A DNA stretch of 30,182 nucleotides, from assembly GCA_964016885.1 (NCBI GenBank), contig CAXHJY010000835.1, positions 1 to 30,182 of the forward strand. The letters are read 5' to 3'. The translations under genes were made by a program, and so were the position numbers. Positions within the stretch are counted from its first letter, which is position 1, and each line of letters begins with the position of its first letter. Source of the stretch: Eledone cirrhosa (Eukaryota). This document shows positions 13,547-25,562 of the stretch, piece after piece. The notes beneath the pieces were generated by a model, which was given only the letters and a program-made list of their open reading frames with translations, was not told where the DNA came from and made no database searches.

Positions 13547-14409
13547 TGTATGTATGTATGTATGTATGTATGTATGTATGTATGTATGTATGTATGTATG
13601 TATGTATGTATGTATGTATGTATGTATGTTTTCTCTTTCTCTTAATTTCGAGTATATTTTTTTGACCGGCCACCTTCCTGGTGGCAAGGTTGTAAAAGAA
13701 AAGAAATTGTCATCCCTTGAATCGCAAGAATGTTTTTAGGTATGTATGTATGTATGTATGTATGTATGTATGTATGTATGTATGTATGTATGTATGTATG
13801 TATGTATGTATGTATGCATGCATGCATGAATGAATGTTTGTATCTGTGTGGATTACATATGCATGTATGTATCGGTCAATGTGAATCTCTAGGAGACCAA
13901 ATACAAAACCCTGTTCCAGTTATTGCGAGGGAATGACACCGAACCTGGAGTTCTGTGCATTCGAAGCAAATTCTTTCACCTCACTTCTCTGCCGAACCTC
14001 ACATTTACAGTTATTTTTTTCTGCTTTATCATTTAACTTGTACAGTCTACCGCGACCAATTCCAACTTAATCAGATCTATTAAAATTCTCTCTCTACTGA
14101 CTTCCAGTTGGTCATCTTCCAAGACTATATCCGAGTTATATCAGTGTGGCTTTATCTTACAACACCCCAGATAAAATATAGAAAATGGTTTTCAACTCTC
14201 AAGACGTGGAGAATAAATGATTCTTTCAAATTGTACAGCAACAATAAATTGGTTCACGTGTATTGTTTTCGTTGTGGGGGGTTGGCTTATACGTTCTAAA
14301 ATAAATTAAGTGTGCATGCATGTATTTATACATATGTGTATTCATATACTGTTACACATGCATACTTTCAGTGATGTGTATACAAACATATAGAGATGCA
14401 TATAAATAC

Positions 14410-14552
<143 letters not shown>

Positions 14553-14578
14553 AGAATATATATGACATACATAAATTG

Positions 14579-14650
14579 GTGAAAGTGTGTGGCTTAGTGG
14601 TTTGATGGGCTTACAATCGTGAAGTTGTGAGTTCGATTCCCTCACCATGT
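14579..14650 (+). mobile_element. SINE head fragment
   Basis: TGGCTTAGTGG...CAATCGTGAAGTTGTGAGTTCGATTCC matches the 635-700 head. Confidence 0.75.
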
Positions 14651-15499
14651 AGCTACATTTAAGTTCATGTCTATAATGGCTTCTGCATGTATATGCCTGT
14701 GTGCACATGTGCTTTTGTATGTATGCGTGTATACGTAAGACGGTGGTGACGAGACGTTGGGTGTACCTCATATGGACACACTCATGGCAGAATCCGTATA
14801 TGTGAGCATATAATGGGGCTTAATGTGCAAATATGGGTTATTTGTGGCTATCTGTATATTAGAAAATAAACCGGTGCATATATGTAACCTGAAAATAATA
14901 CTGGAAACCTCTAGATAATTTTATCCAATATGGGCTTCTATAGAATTTTATATTAACACATAAAATACCGTGTATTTAGGTTAAATTCGATTGTAACTTC
15001 AGTGAATAAATAGTATTGTATATGCACTAACTTCAAACATATAATATATTTATGTCAAAACATGTGTGCTGAAAATACCTGTCAGATTATCTACTAGATA
15101 TCAGCACTGTTAATATAATACTTACACTTCTAACCTTCCATAACGTTAATGATAAACGTTGTTTGCATTTTCAAATCTTCACGGATGGAGGCATACATAG
15201 TCGTTTCATAAATAAATACCGTTCTATATCACATATAATTGATTCTGATGATTTCTCTACAAAATTATTGAAAACCACATCCTTTGCAATAGAATGAAAC
15301 ATATGTAAATCAAATGAATGATGAATTAATTGTGAAATCTTGGTGATCTATTAATTGTTATATATGCTCTGCGGTTTACAAATCTACGATGACCGGATGT
15401 GGACTGATTGGATTTATCTCTGAACTGACTTTTGTCAATCTGAAAAAAATTATATTAGAGCTTTACATATCTTAATGACTTATACAGTTTAATAATTAA

Positions 15500-15583
<84 letters not shown>

Positions 15584-15599
15584 TATAAATATATATATA

Positions 15600-15730
<131 letters not shown>

Positions 15731-15758
15731 TACAATACAATAGGAGGAAACATAATAG

Positions 15759-15802
15759 TACCACTGATGATGTTGCAGATTTACGACGAAAGAACTTTGA
15801 TA
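15759..15802 (+). ncRNA. Minimal hammerhead motif, slightly decayed
   Basis: TACCA-CTGATGA-T-GTTG..CGAC-GAA-AGAACT-T-TGATA: core intact, one mismatch in stem I; lies between (TA)n arrays. Confidence 0.55.
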
Positions 15803-15985
15803 GACTATATATATATTTATATCTGTATTTTTAACCGCTGGTCAATCAATGATAAACATTGATTGCCAAATAAATGAACTATGGAGATATAAAAGAAACA
15901 GAAGCGAAAACCAACCAAACAGTGAGTATGTTCTGTTATTCTGTTATTCTGGCAATATTATAACAATATGACCCTCCCCAAGTAT

Positions 15986-16131
<146 letters not shown>

Positions 16132-16212
16132 ATACTTGTGCGTGTATATATATATATATATAAATATATATATATAACGAAGGAGATGTGGCGTCTTGGT
16201 CATACATTTTCC

Positions 16213-16291
<79 letters not shown>

Positions 16292-16477
16292 TCCAGCAAG
16301 GGAAATAACCCCCGGTTTTTGGCGGGTCATTCAAAATGTTAGACACAGGAAATATTATAACTTTCAGAATAAGCTCTCGACTAGATGTTATTAAACAAAC
16401 ACAAATAATTAACCAATCAACAGAATTGTCTAATTAAATTAATTAGTTAATTATTAAATCTAGGAGAAAATAATATA

Positions 16478-16970
16478 ATTGGATGCTTAGTAAAATCGAA
16501 TCTTTGGCGGTGTGCAAGAAAATTCGACCTACTATGTGAATGACTTTTGCTGGAAATAACACGTGAGCACTAAATATACGATTCGCTGCTGCGAACGGCA
16601 ACATTTAGTATCTCGCCCCGTTCTTTGGTAGAACGAAAACCTGTTGATGAATTGAATCCTCTGTTCGATCATGAATACCACGAGCTTGCCAGCTACGCAA
16701 GTCTGATATTTGATTTCGGATTCATAGAAACACTTTAAACGTATAACGTTTGATTTGTCCAGGTTTATTTTTTCTCAACCTGTTAGTTCTTTCGTTACTT
16801 TGGTATTGTGTGTTAGATTTTGCCTACCACAATGTTCAATTTGTCAAGCTATTTAAACGTATATTATTACTCTAAGGACCTACCTTGTCGAGTGCTTTGC
16901 TAACTCATTCATATAGTAAGTCGAATTTGCTTGCACACCGCCAAAGATTCGATTTTACTAAGCATCCAGT
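16478..16970. mobile_element. MITE (493 bp) with 66-bp terminal inverted repeats and TA flanks
   Basis: TIRs 16478-16543 and 16905-16970 (A[T/C]TGGATGCTTAGTAAAATCGAATCTTTGGCGGTGTGCAAG...; 4 mismatches), TA on each side, no ORF. Confidence 0.8.
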
Positions 16971-17002
16971 TATATATATATATATGTATATATATGTATG
17001 TA

Positions 17003-17033
<31 letters not shown>

Positions 17034-17042
17034 ATATGTATG

Positions 17043-17157
<115 letters not shown>

Positions 17158-17191
17158 TGAGAAAAACCACAAACCCTCCATCTCAATCGTA

Positions 17192-17227
17192 CTTTTGAAA
17201 AGCAGAAGAACTGCGAAACCGGTAGAG
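17192..17227 (+). ncRNA. Decayed minimal hammerhead motif
   Basis: CTT-TTGAAAA-GCAG.AAGAA.CTGC-GAA-ACCGGT-A-GAG: perfect stem II and palindromic helix III; core two transitions away from CTGAAGA. Confidence 0.45.
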
Positions 17228-17406
17228 GAACCAAATAAATATATATATTTAAAAAAAAAAAAAAGACTCCAGTTGCATTTTCGATTTCATCTCTTTTCCT
17301 TATACTCTCACTCGTGTAGGACACATCGGTTATTTTTCATTTTGTCAAAAAAACCTCACTTTTTAATATATATATATGTATATACGTGTGTATATATATG
17401 TGTATG

Positions 17407-17439
<33 letters not shown>

Positions 17440-17444
<5 letters not shown>

Positions 17445-17607
17445 ATCAAAAGATGGTTAAAGGAGTTCCATATATTTTATAAAATATATGGAACTCCTTT
17501 AACCATCTTTTGATCTTATATTATGCATACTCCAGTCCCACAAACTGTAGAGTGCTTCTTATCCGATATCTGCATTGCTTTATTGTACTACAATAAAACT
17601 CACCTCC

Positions 17608-17611
<4 letters not shown>
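17440..17611. mobile_element. Ultra-short fold-back insertion of the same family as the RT-encoding Penelope-like element ('family E')
   Basis: Perfect palindrome ~17440-17520 centred on 17479/17480. The arm equals 25528-25568 with one mismatch. Tail 17521-17611; (TA)n flanks. Confidence 0.85.
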
Positions 17612-17686
<75 letters not shown>

Positions 17687-18006
17687 ATATATGTGTGTGT
17701 ATATGTGTGTATGTATATATATGTATATATATAACTTCCGGTGACTGCACATCATCAACGCTGCAAATACTGCACCACAACGTCAGAAAATATTTCATGA
17801 ATGCAAACAACTAATGATTCTCTATTAAGTACAATATGGAAGACTCCACAAAACATGTCGGTGGGTGCTGCTGCTATATACACAGACATCCTCGACATAA
17901 GAATGGCCACTGGACTTATTGATATGAAGATACTCACAAACAATATTGGTCCATATACGTCATCTCTCCAATTTCAGTCATTTCTAGAATTATTAGAGTG
18001 ATCTTT

Positions 18007-18185
18007 ACTGCTCCGAGTTTGCTGGTCTTGTGCTGTCCGAGTTTGCTGCTCCGAGTTTGCTGGTCTTGTGCTGTCCGAGTTTGCTGGTCTTGTGCTGTCC
18101 GAGTTTACTGGTCTTGTGCTGTCCGAGTTTGCTGGTCTTGTGCTGTCCGAGTTTGCTGCTCCGAGTTTGCTGGTCTTATGCTGTC
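18007..18185. repeat. Minisatellite, 24-bp unit GCTGTCCGAGTTTGCTGGTCTTGT with 14-bp variants
   Basis: Direct reading. Confidence 0.92.
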
Positions 18186-18825
18186 AATTATCATGCAATT
18201 CCCCACAGCTTGTCACCCTTCCAGAATCAGTACTAATCAAGTATTTCGGACATATACTCAAAGAAATAATTGTTTGCCAAACCAACTAGAATATATTATC
18301 AGGATCCATGGTTGAAGTATGCAGAAATTCTAAACCTGTCTGTTGATGAGGCAAATAGATAATCAGAATTTGAATTCGCCAAGTTTGCCCCAAGGACTTC
18401 AATGGATCTGGTGGAGGATCTCTTGGAACAGAATGAAATTACACCTAGTTCCTTCATCTAAAGTCGGTATCTGGAATTGCTTCACTGTACATGTTTTTCC
18501 AGCAGTAGTTGAAATGCCACTGTTTAAAAATAATTTTAATCAGGTCAACCTCGCCGATCTCGGAGGCCCTACAAAGGGCAAGGGAACAACTCATTCCCTA
18601 AACCAATAACAAAAAATATAGAGTAAAATTATTCTATATTTTGTTGTTGAAAATTAGTCTTTGTTTTCTTTTTCACTGATCCAAATAGGTAATGTCAGAG
18701 GCTGTTATCAAAGGTTCTGGGGATAGAAATTGAATTGGGCCTAAATAATGGTAAACTCTGCATTTTATCTGAACAATGATATTTTCTTTTGGAGTATTTA
18801 ACTGTATTATTACAAACAGCCATAG

Positions 18826-19000
18826 TGTGGTGGATTGGCAGTATCGGTAAAGTAAGACCATGCTTGGCAGCATAGAGTTACGGTCCTTTACGGTCTGAGT
18901 TCAAATCCCGCCGAGGTTAATTTTGCCTTTCATCTTTACGGGGTCGATAAAATAAAGCACAAGTAACGTACTGGGGTTGATTTAATCGACTTTCCCTTGT
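18826..19000 (+). mobile_element. SINE, second family
   Basis: TGGATTGGCAGTATCGGTA...TCTGAGTTCAAATCCCGCCGAGGT..TTTGCCTTTCATC.TTACGGGGTCGATAAAATAAAG; homologous to 19541-19729; box B GTTCAAATCC. Confidence 0.8.
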
Positions 19001-19309
19001 GCCTATACTGTCAATCATTATTGGAAACAGCTATGTGTACTGATTACCCAGGGAGAGATTCGTAGCATATGAAAGTTTTCGGGATTCAAAACTGGTGCGT
19101 TTGGAGAAGGTAGGTATTCTCCAACTGGAGATCTAGCCCAAATGCTTGTAAGAGAGTGTATTTCCCAAGAGGCAATCAAAGATATAGGCGAAGGTGTGAA
19201 CCTGAGTGGAGGAGGGTAAAACCTACCACCAATGTAGACCAGAGCGGAATTAAAAAACAACACAAGGAGTCGAATCTAACACCGCTATAACAATCCCCTT
19301 AATTTCCAG

Positions 19310-19432
19310 CCACACTGAATTGGTACTTTGTTTTATCTACTCAGAAAAGGTGATAGGGAAAGTTGACCACAAGGCGCAGAAAGCTGGAACAAGACATTTT
19401 ATCAACGCTCTAACGATTCTGCTATTTCGTCG
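19310..19432 (-). mobile_element. Decayed SINE of the second family, reverse orientation
   Basis: TGGTACTTTGTTTTATCTACTC..AAAGTTGACC..CTCTAACGATTCTGC is a diverged reverse complement of 19541-19690. Confidence 0.5.
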
Positions 19433-19540
19433 TTTGCAAAGCAAAACATTGTAAAATTTCTCGTTTTTTATTATTTGTTATTATTTTTTAAGACTGCGAT
19501 ATGCTGAAAACAATTTCTATTATATATATTATATATAATA

Positions 19541-19729
19541 GGGCGGTGGATTGGCAGTATCGGTAGAGGGTCGGACGCCATGCTTTCCAGCGTGGTTACG
19601 TCCCTTTACCATCTGAGTTCAAATCCCGCCGAGGTTGACTTTGCCTTTCATCCTTACGGGGTCGATAAAATAAAGTACCAGTAATACACTGGGATAATTG
19701 CTGGCCTTGTGCCTAAAGTAGAAACAATT
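19541..19729 (+). mobile_element. SINE, second family
   Basis: Same head, box B and GCCTTTCATCC..GGGGTCGATAAAATAAAGTACCAG body as 18826-19000. Confidence 0.85.
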
Positions 19730-20207
19730 ATATATATTATATAGGATGATTGTTCATATTGTTTGTTATCCAAATGAATGTAACGCTGAGAAATAGGACA
19801 GAAGCGTGGAGAATAGGCATAAATGGTAACTAAACAATGTGATTAGAGAAAAAAATTCGTAATTTGTTTACTATATTGCCAATTACTTAGCTGAGCAGGT
19901 GCAGTAAAGTCTGTTGCCAATTTACTTGACAGTCACTGTTTCAGACGTGTTATCTCTTCTTTACACGTTGACACATTTCTGTTTCCAACTTGTGTTGATA
20001 GAAAGATTAGAAAAATAACTGGCTAGCAAGACAGATTTACAAACAAACATACATACACACACACATGCACGTACGTACGCATGTGCACACACTCACTCAT
20101 ACACGCACGCACGCACACACACACATATATACATACATACATATTTATATAAGTATATATATATTTTAATATATATGTATATATAATATATGTAAGTATG
20201 CATATAT

Positions 20208-20238
<31 letters not shown>

Positions 20239-20402
20239 CATATTATATATATACATATATATATGCATATATATTATATATATATACATATATATTATAT
20301 ATGTACATATATATATAACTTTGAATAACTTTGAAATGTTTTGGCCAGTATTGGCCCAGGCCATGTCTAACTTAATAGCACCACCTGGCGAAGTCTTTCA
20401 AT

Positions 20403-20846
20403 TCAGGATTTGGGCACCATGGCCCATTCGAGAAGAGAATTACTGTTTGCGGAGACATATCCGGGTGTGGGTGGTTTGTCCGGGATTACTTGGAGGAATT
20501 TGTCCAAAGACTTCTTGAATTTTGTGTGGTCAGTTTCTGTTTTGATGTGTCCTGGTGTGATGTTGAAGAGAGCAGGGCCGATTGAGGTGAAATAATTGTG
20601 CCGTATTGTTGTTATGAGTTGCGATTTAGATTTTTGAATGGGACGGATAGCACGGGGCCCAAGCCTTGGGTGTATCTTGAAGGCGATGCCAACATCATTT
20701 GGGCAGTGATGATGGAACATTTTCCACATCATGCAGATAATATAACGCTCACGGCGACGTTGGAGTGAGTAAAGTTTCAGGTTTTCTAATCGACCCCAGT
20801 AGTCAAGGTCTGACATGCCATCTATCTTTTTCGTGATTGCCCTTTG
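20403..20846 (-). pseudogene. C-terminal part of a CR1-like LINE ORF2 (downstream of the RT core)
   Basis: QRAITKKIDGMSDLDYWGRLENLKLYSLQRRRERY...FKKSLDKFLQVIPDKP..PGY...SNSLL matches the QR..T..I.G...L.Y..RL..L.L.SL..RR pattern of CR1-group ORF2 ends. Confidence 0.85.
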
Positions 20847-21024
20847 ATTTATTTTGAATCTGTTGTTCAGATCGAGTTTTCAAAAATTGAACTGTACGTT
20901 TAGCAATGTCGTTCAGAGATGAAGCATGTATGTCTTCTGTTTGGGTAAGGCAATGCCATGTGTTTATTAGAATGTCGATTTCATTATCAGACCAGTTCTG
21001 TTTGGATTTTTGCTGGTTAGCCAT
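20847..21024 (-). pseudogene. N-terminal ORF1 stub with a Myb/SANT-like (trihelix) motif
   Basis: ATG at 21024; NWSDNEIDILINTW...RSEQQIQNK resembles the W(S/T)..E...LI..W...R(S/T)..Q...K pattern. Confidence 0.5.
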
Positions 21025-21283
21025 TCTAGTTTTGAGTGTGTGTGTGTTTTAGTTAAGAATTTCAATATATATATATTTTTTTTTTAAATTTATTTTTGAT
21101 TTATTTTTGTTTTTTGTTTTTCTTGTGTGTGAGTGAGAAGAGTATATATATAAATATGAGTATATATATATATATATGTATATTCTGGTTATTTGAAATT
21201 AATTAAGTTAATGAAAAGACGAAAGTATATAATAATAATTTGTAGTTAAAGGAAAATGTACTCACAAGTTCGAAAACACGTAG

Positions 21284-21385
21284 TTTCAAATATATAATAA
21301 TATAGATGTATGTAAATGTATTAACCGGTCAATTTTCAAATATATAATAATATAGATGTATGTAAATGTATTAACCGGTCAATTT
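21284..21385. repeat. 50-bp perfect tandem duplication
   Basis: TTTCAAATATATAATAATATAGATGTATGTAAATGTATTAACCGGTCAAT occurs twice. Confidence 0.95.
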
Positions 21386-21658
21386 TTGTTTGTTTGGTTT
21401 TGTTTTGTGGTTTTGTTTTGTGGCTGTGTGACTTGCTGCTTACTCGGGGTGAGAAGTAAAAACACGTCCTTATACTTCAACTGCTCAACTGCTATATTAT
21501 ATATATATTATATATATACATATATATATATATTGTATATACATATATATATATTATATATGTGAAGTAATTCAGTCGGAAAAGTCCAGGAAAAAGAGTG
21601 CTCTATGTAGGCAACAGAGCTTAATTATTATTATGTAATAAACAACATAAGGCAATTA

Positions 21659-21718
21659 TTCCATTTACCAGTGGTTTCTTAAAAGCAAAAGGTTTTGCTT
21701 TCAATCCTCAGAATGAAA
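21659..21718 (-). ncRNA. Type I hammerhead ribozyme motif
   Basis: Exact reverse complement of 23276-23335. Confidence 0.88.
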
Positions 21719-21866
21719 AAATCCTGGTTTGTTTATTGAATTTGGATTTTAAAAAACAAAAATGCAATCTATGTGAAAGTGAGGCTGGAGAAGGAAGAAG
21801 GAAAGGAAAAATAAAATAAAACTACACATGCAAACACACACACACAAAAACACAAAAGCATACATT

Positions 21867-21910
<44 letters not shown>

Positions 21911-22453
21911 CACATATATATAAAACATACACTTATATACACATACACATACATACACATATACACATACATACATTCATTCATACACACACACACACAC
22001 ACACATACACACATATATATATACATATATATATACACATATACACATACATATATATACATGTGTGTACAAGCATACACATACACAAACATAGCCATAC
22101 ACACACACATATACATACATACATTCACACAATCATACATATATACATACATACATACATACACATACATAAATGCACTCCTCTACATATTCACACACGC
22201 AAATAAATATAAGAAAAAAAAATATATATTAAACATTTTTGACACCGTTACATAAGGCAGCTAACTGGACAGACACGCGTGGTAAGTAATACACACAAAT
22301 GCACGTATACATACGTACGAAATCGTAAGCACATACACACACTCTCACACATAAATATACATATACAAATACATAAACACATACATACACATACATGCAC
22401 AAACACGCACACGTATACAATATATACACACACATATGTATATGTAATTATAT

Positions 22454-22500
<47 letters not shown>

Positions 22501-22616
22501 CATAAATATAAACGCACACACACACACATGTACGTATACATACACACACATATACATACATAGCTAAACAATTATACACATACAAATACGTACATATAAA
22601 CACGCACAACCAAATA

Positions 22617-22676
<60 letters not shown>

Positions 22677-22707
22677 TATATACATACAGACGCATACATA
22701 TACACAC

Positions 22708-22738
<31 letters not shown>

Positions 22739-23039
22739 CACATATATATACATATGCATACACATACACACACACAAATGAATATGTAGAGGAGTGCATT
22801 TATGTATGTGTATGTATGTACGTATGTATATATGTATGATTGTGTGAATGTATGTATGTATATGTGTGCGTGTATGGCTATGTTTGTGTATGTGTATGCT
22901 TGTACACACATGTATATATATGTATGTGTATATGTGTGTGTGTGTGTGTGTGCGTGTATGTATGAATGTATGTATGCGTATATGTGTATGTATGTGTATG
23001 TGTATATAAGCGTATGTTTTATATATATGTGTATGTGTA

Positions 23040-23130
<91 letters not shown>

Positions 23131-23275
23131 ATGTATGCTTTTGTGTTTTTGTGTGTGTGTTTGCATGTGTAGTTTTATTTTATTTTTCCTTTCCTTCTTC
23201 CTTCTCCAGCCTCACTTTCATATAGATTGCATTTTTGTTTTTTAAAATCCAAATTCAATAAACAAACCAGGATTT

Positions 23276-23335
23276 TTTCATTCTGAGGATTGAAAGCAAA
23301 ACCTTTTGCTTTTAAGAAACCACTGGTAAATGGAA
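23276..23335 (+). ncRNA. Type I hammerhead ribozyme motif
   Basis: TTTCATT-CTGAGGA-TTGAAAGCAAAA.CC.TTTTGCTTTTAA-GAA-ACCACTGGT-A-AATGGAA: all three helices and the core intact; GUA cleavage triplet. Confidence 0.88.
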
Positions 23336-23369
23336 TAATTGCCTTATGTTGTTTATTACATAATAATAA

Positions 23370-24000
<631 letters not shown>

Positions 24001-24003
<3 letters not shown>

Positions 24004-24245
24004 GATAAATCTACCAAGAGTTTACGGTAGTGTCCAATCCGTATGAAGAACTCAATGTAATCCGGATATCATGGAAAGAAGAGATGCAATGAAAAATCAC
24101 TTTCGGTGAAAGATAAACGGAATACAGAGTCAAGATAAAATGCCAATTCTAACACATATATATCCCAGAAACGATCGTTAAATAATGAACTTTTTTTGTT
24201 TAATATAAGGAACTGTTTCATTGTTTTATTCATTATTTTTTTAAT

Positions 24246-24248
<3 letters not shown>
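24001..24248. mobile_element. Short inverted insertion of 'family A' (tail plus inverted partial pseudo-LTR)
   Basis: 24001-24141 is a direct repeat of 24532-24672, and 24141-24246 is the reverse complement of ~24671-24777. Confidence 0.85.
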
Positions 24249-24334
<86 letters not shown>

Positions 24335-24403
24335 AATATATAATATATATATATATATAATATATATATATATATATAATATATATATATATATATAATA
24401 TAT

Positions 24404-24437
<34 letters not shown>

Positions 24438-24452
24438 ATATATATATATTAT

Positions 24453-24507
<55 letters not shown>

Positions 24508-24531
24508 TATATATATATATTATTATATAAT

Positions 24532-24882
24532 GTAGATAAATCTACCAAGAGTTTACGGTAGTGTCCAATCCGTATGAAGAACTCAATGTAATCCGGATAT
24601 CATGGAAAGAAGAGATGCAATGAAAAATTACTTTCGGTGAAAGATAAACGGAATACAGAGTCAAGATAAAATATAAAAAAAATAATGAATAAAACAATGA
24701 AACAGTTCCTTATATTAAACAAAAAATGTTCATTATTTAACGATCGTTTCTGGGATATATATGTGTTAGAATTGGCATGTATATTTAACAGATCTATGTA
24801 CAAAATTATACAAAATTATACAAACTATCAAAATTAAATATACATACCAACTCATATATATGCCGTCTTCAGAAATAATGAA
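24532..24882 (-). mobile_element. 'Family A' Penelope-like 3' end (hammerhead plus tail); body may extend to ~25490
   Basis: Contains the 24729-24882 hammerhead and the 140-bp tail duplicated at 24001. Confidence 0.75.
24729..24882 (-). ncRNA. Type I hammerhead ribozyme motif with a ~115-nt stem II
   Basis: TTCATTATTT-CTGAAGA-[115-nt hairpin]-GAA-ACGATCGT-T-AAATAATGAA: perfect 10-bp stem I, palindromic helix III. Confidence 0.8.
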
Positions 24883-25481
24883 ATATATTTATTGATAATA
24901 ACAACAATTCAAAATTACAGGTCTGTTTGGGAACAGAGTTCAAATTGACCAATGGAAACACAAAAAGTTTATACAGTTAGGTGTGTGTATATATGTAAGT
25001 AACTTCGTTCACAGATATGCATAAAAATATATGTTCACATGCATACGCATGCCGAAAAGATGTATGTAAATACAAAAATTCAGGGCTAATGTCTCTGTAT
25101 GTTTATAATCTACAGATAAAAAACATATACGCATATAAACATATAAATATAAAAGTAAATATATAAACACATTCATATACTCACACATATACATACATTC
25201 ACACACACACGCGCATATACGCATAAACATACACACAACCACGAACATACATACACACACACACTCACACACACATATATATGTGTATATACTATTATCA
25301 TAAGCATATGGACATTAATGCGCGCACATAAACACTGCCACACATATTTAGATCCAAATACAGAAAGTAGGTGGGGGGGGGGGGAAGAGGTCAGTATTTA
25401 CTGGTGTCAGCAAACTGCCTATTTATAAATGTATCTATAAATTTAGAAATAAAAAGAAAAAGAAAAAAGAAAAATATTAAG

Positions 25482-25530
<49 letters not shown>

Positions 25531-25562
25531 AGATCAAAAGATGGTTAAAGGAGTTCAATATA

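Larger units (their letters stand above)
12114..13815. repeat. Five (TATG)n arrays separated by retroelement pieces
   Basis: Arrays at ~12114-12175, 12491-12549, 12874-12943, 13546-13628 and 13741-13815. Confidence 0.95.
20319..21492 (-). mobile_element. Internally deleted CR1-like LINE (5'UTR, ORF1 start, ORF2 end, 3'UTR)
   Basis: Putative 5'UTR 21492-21025; ORF1 stub joined at ~20846 to the ORF2 C-terminus; ends in a short TTCAAAGTTA tandem; (TA)-rich flanks. Confidence 0.7.
21564..23369. mobile_element. Non-coding Penelope-like element with inverted pseudo-LTR ('family D')
   Basis: Inverted arms 21625-22193 and 22779-23369, each with a hammerhead; tail 21564-21624; (CA/TA)-rich body; (TA)n flanks. 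Confidence 0.85.

Noticed and set aside
15240-15290. CTGATGA...GAAA as a hammerhead (also CTGANGA at ~7154, 7948 and 8164)
   Set aside because: No coherent stems I-III or UH site.
18007-18185. CRISPR-like array (also 10937-11118)
   Set aside because: Units are contiguous with no unique spacers, there are no cas genes, and the context is eukaryotic.
17755-18500. piggyBac transposase remnant
   Set aside because: Only a faint MSR-like word amid many stops; no catalytic motifs or TTAA-flanked TIRs seen.
21185-21265. Possible minus-strand intron (GTGAGT...CAG) in the LINE 5'UTR
   Set aside because: Only short motifs in AT-rich sequence; unsupported without transcript data.
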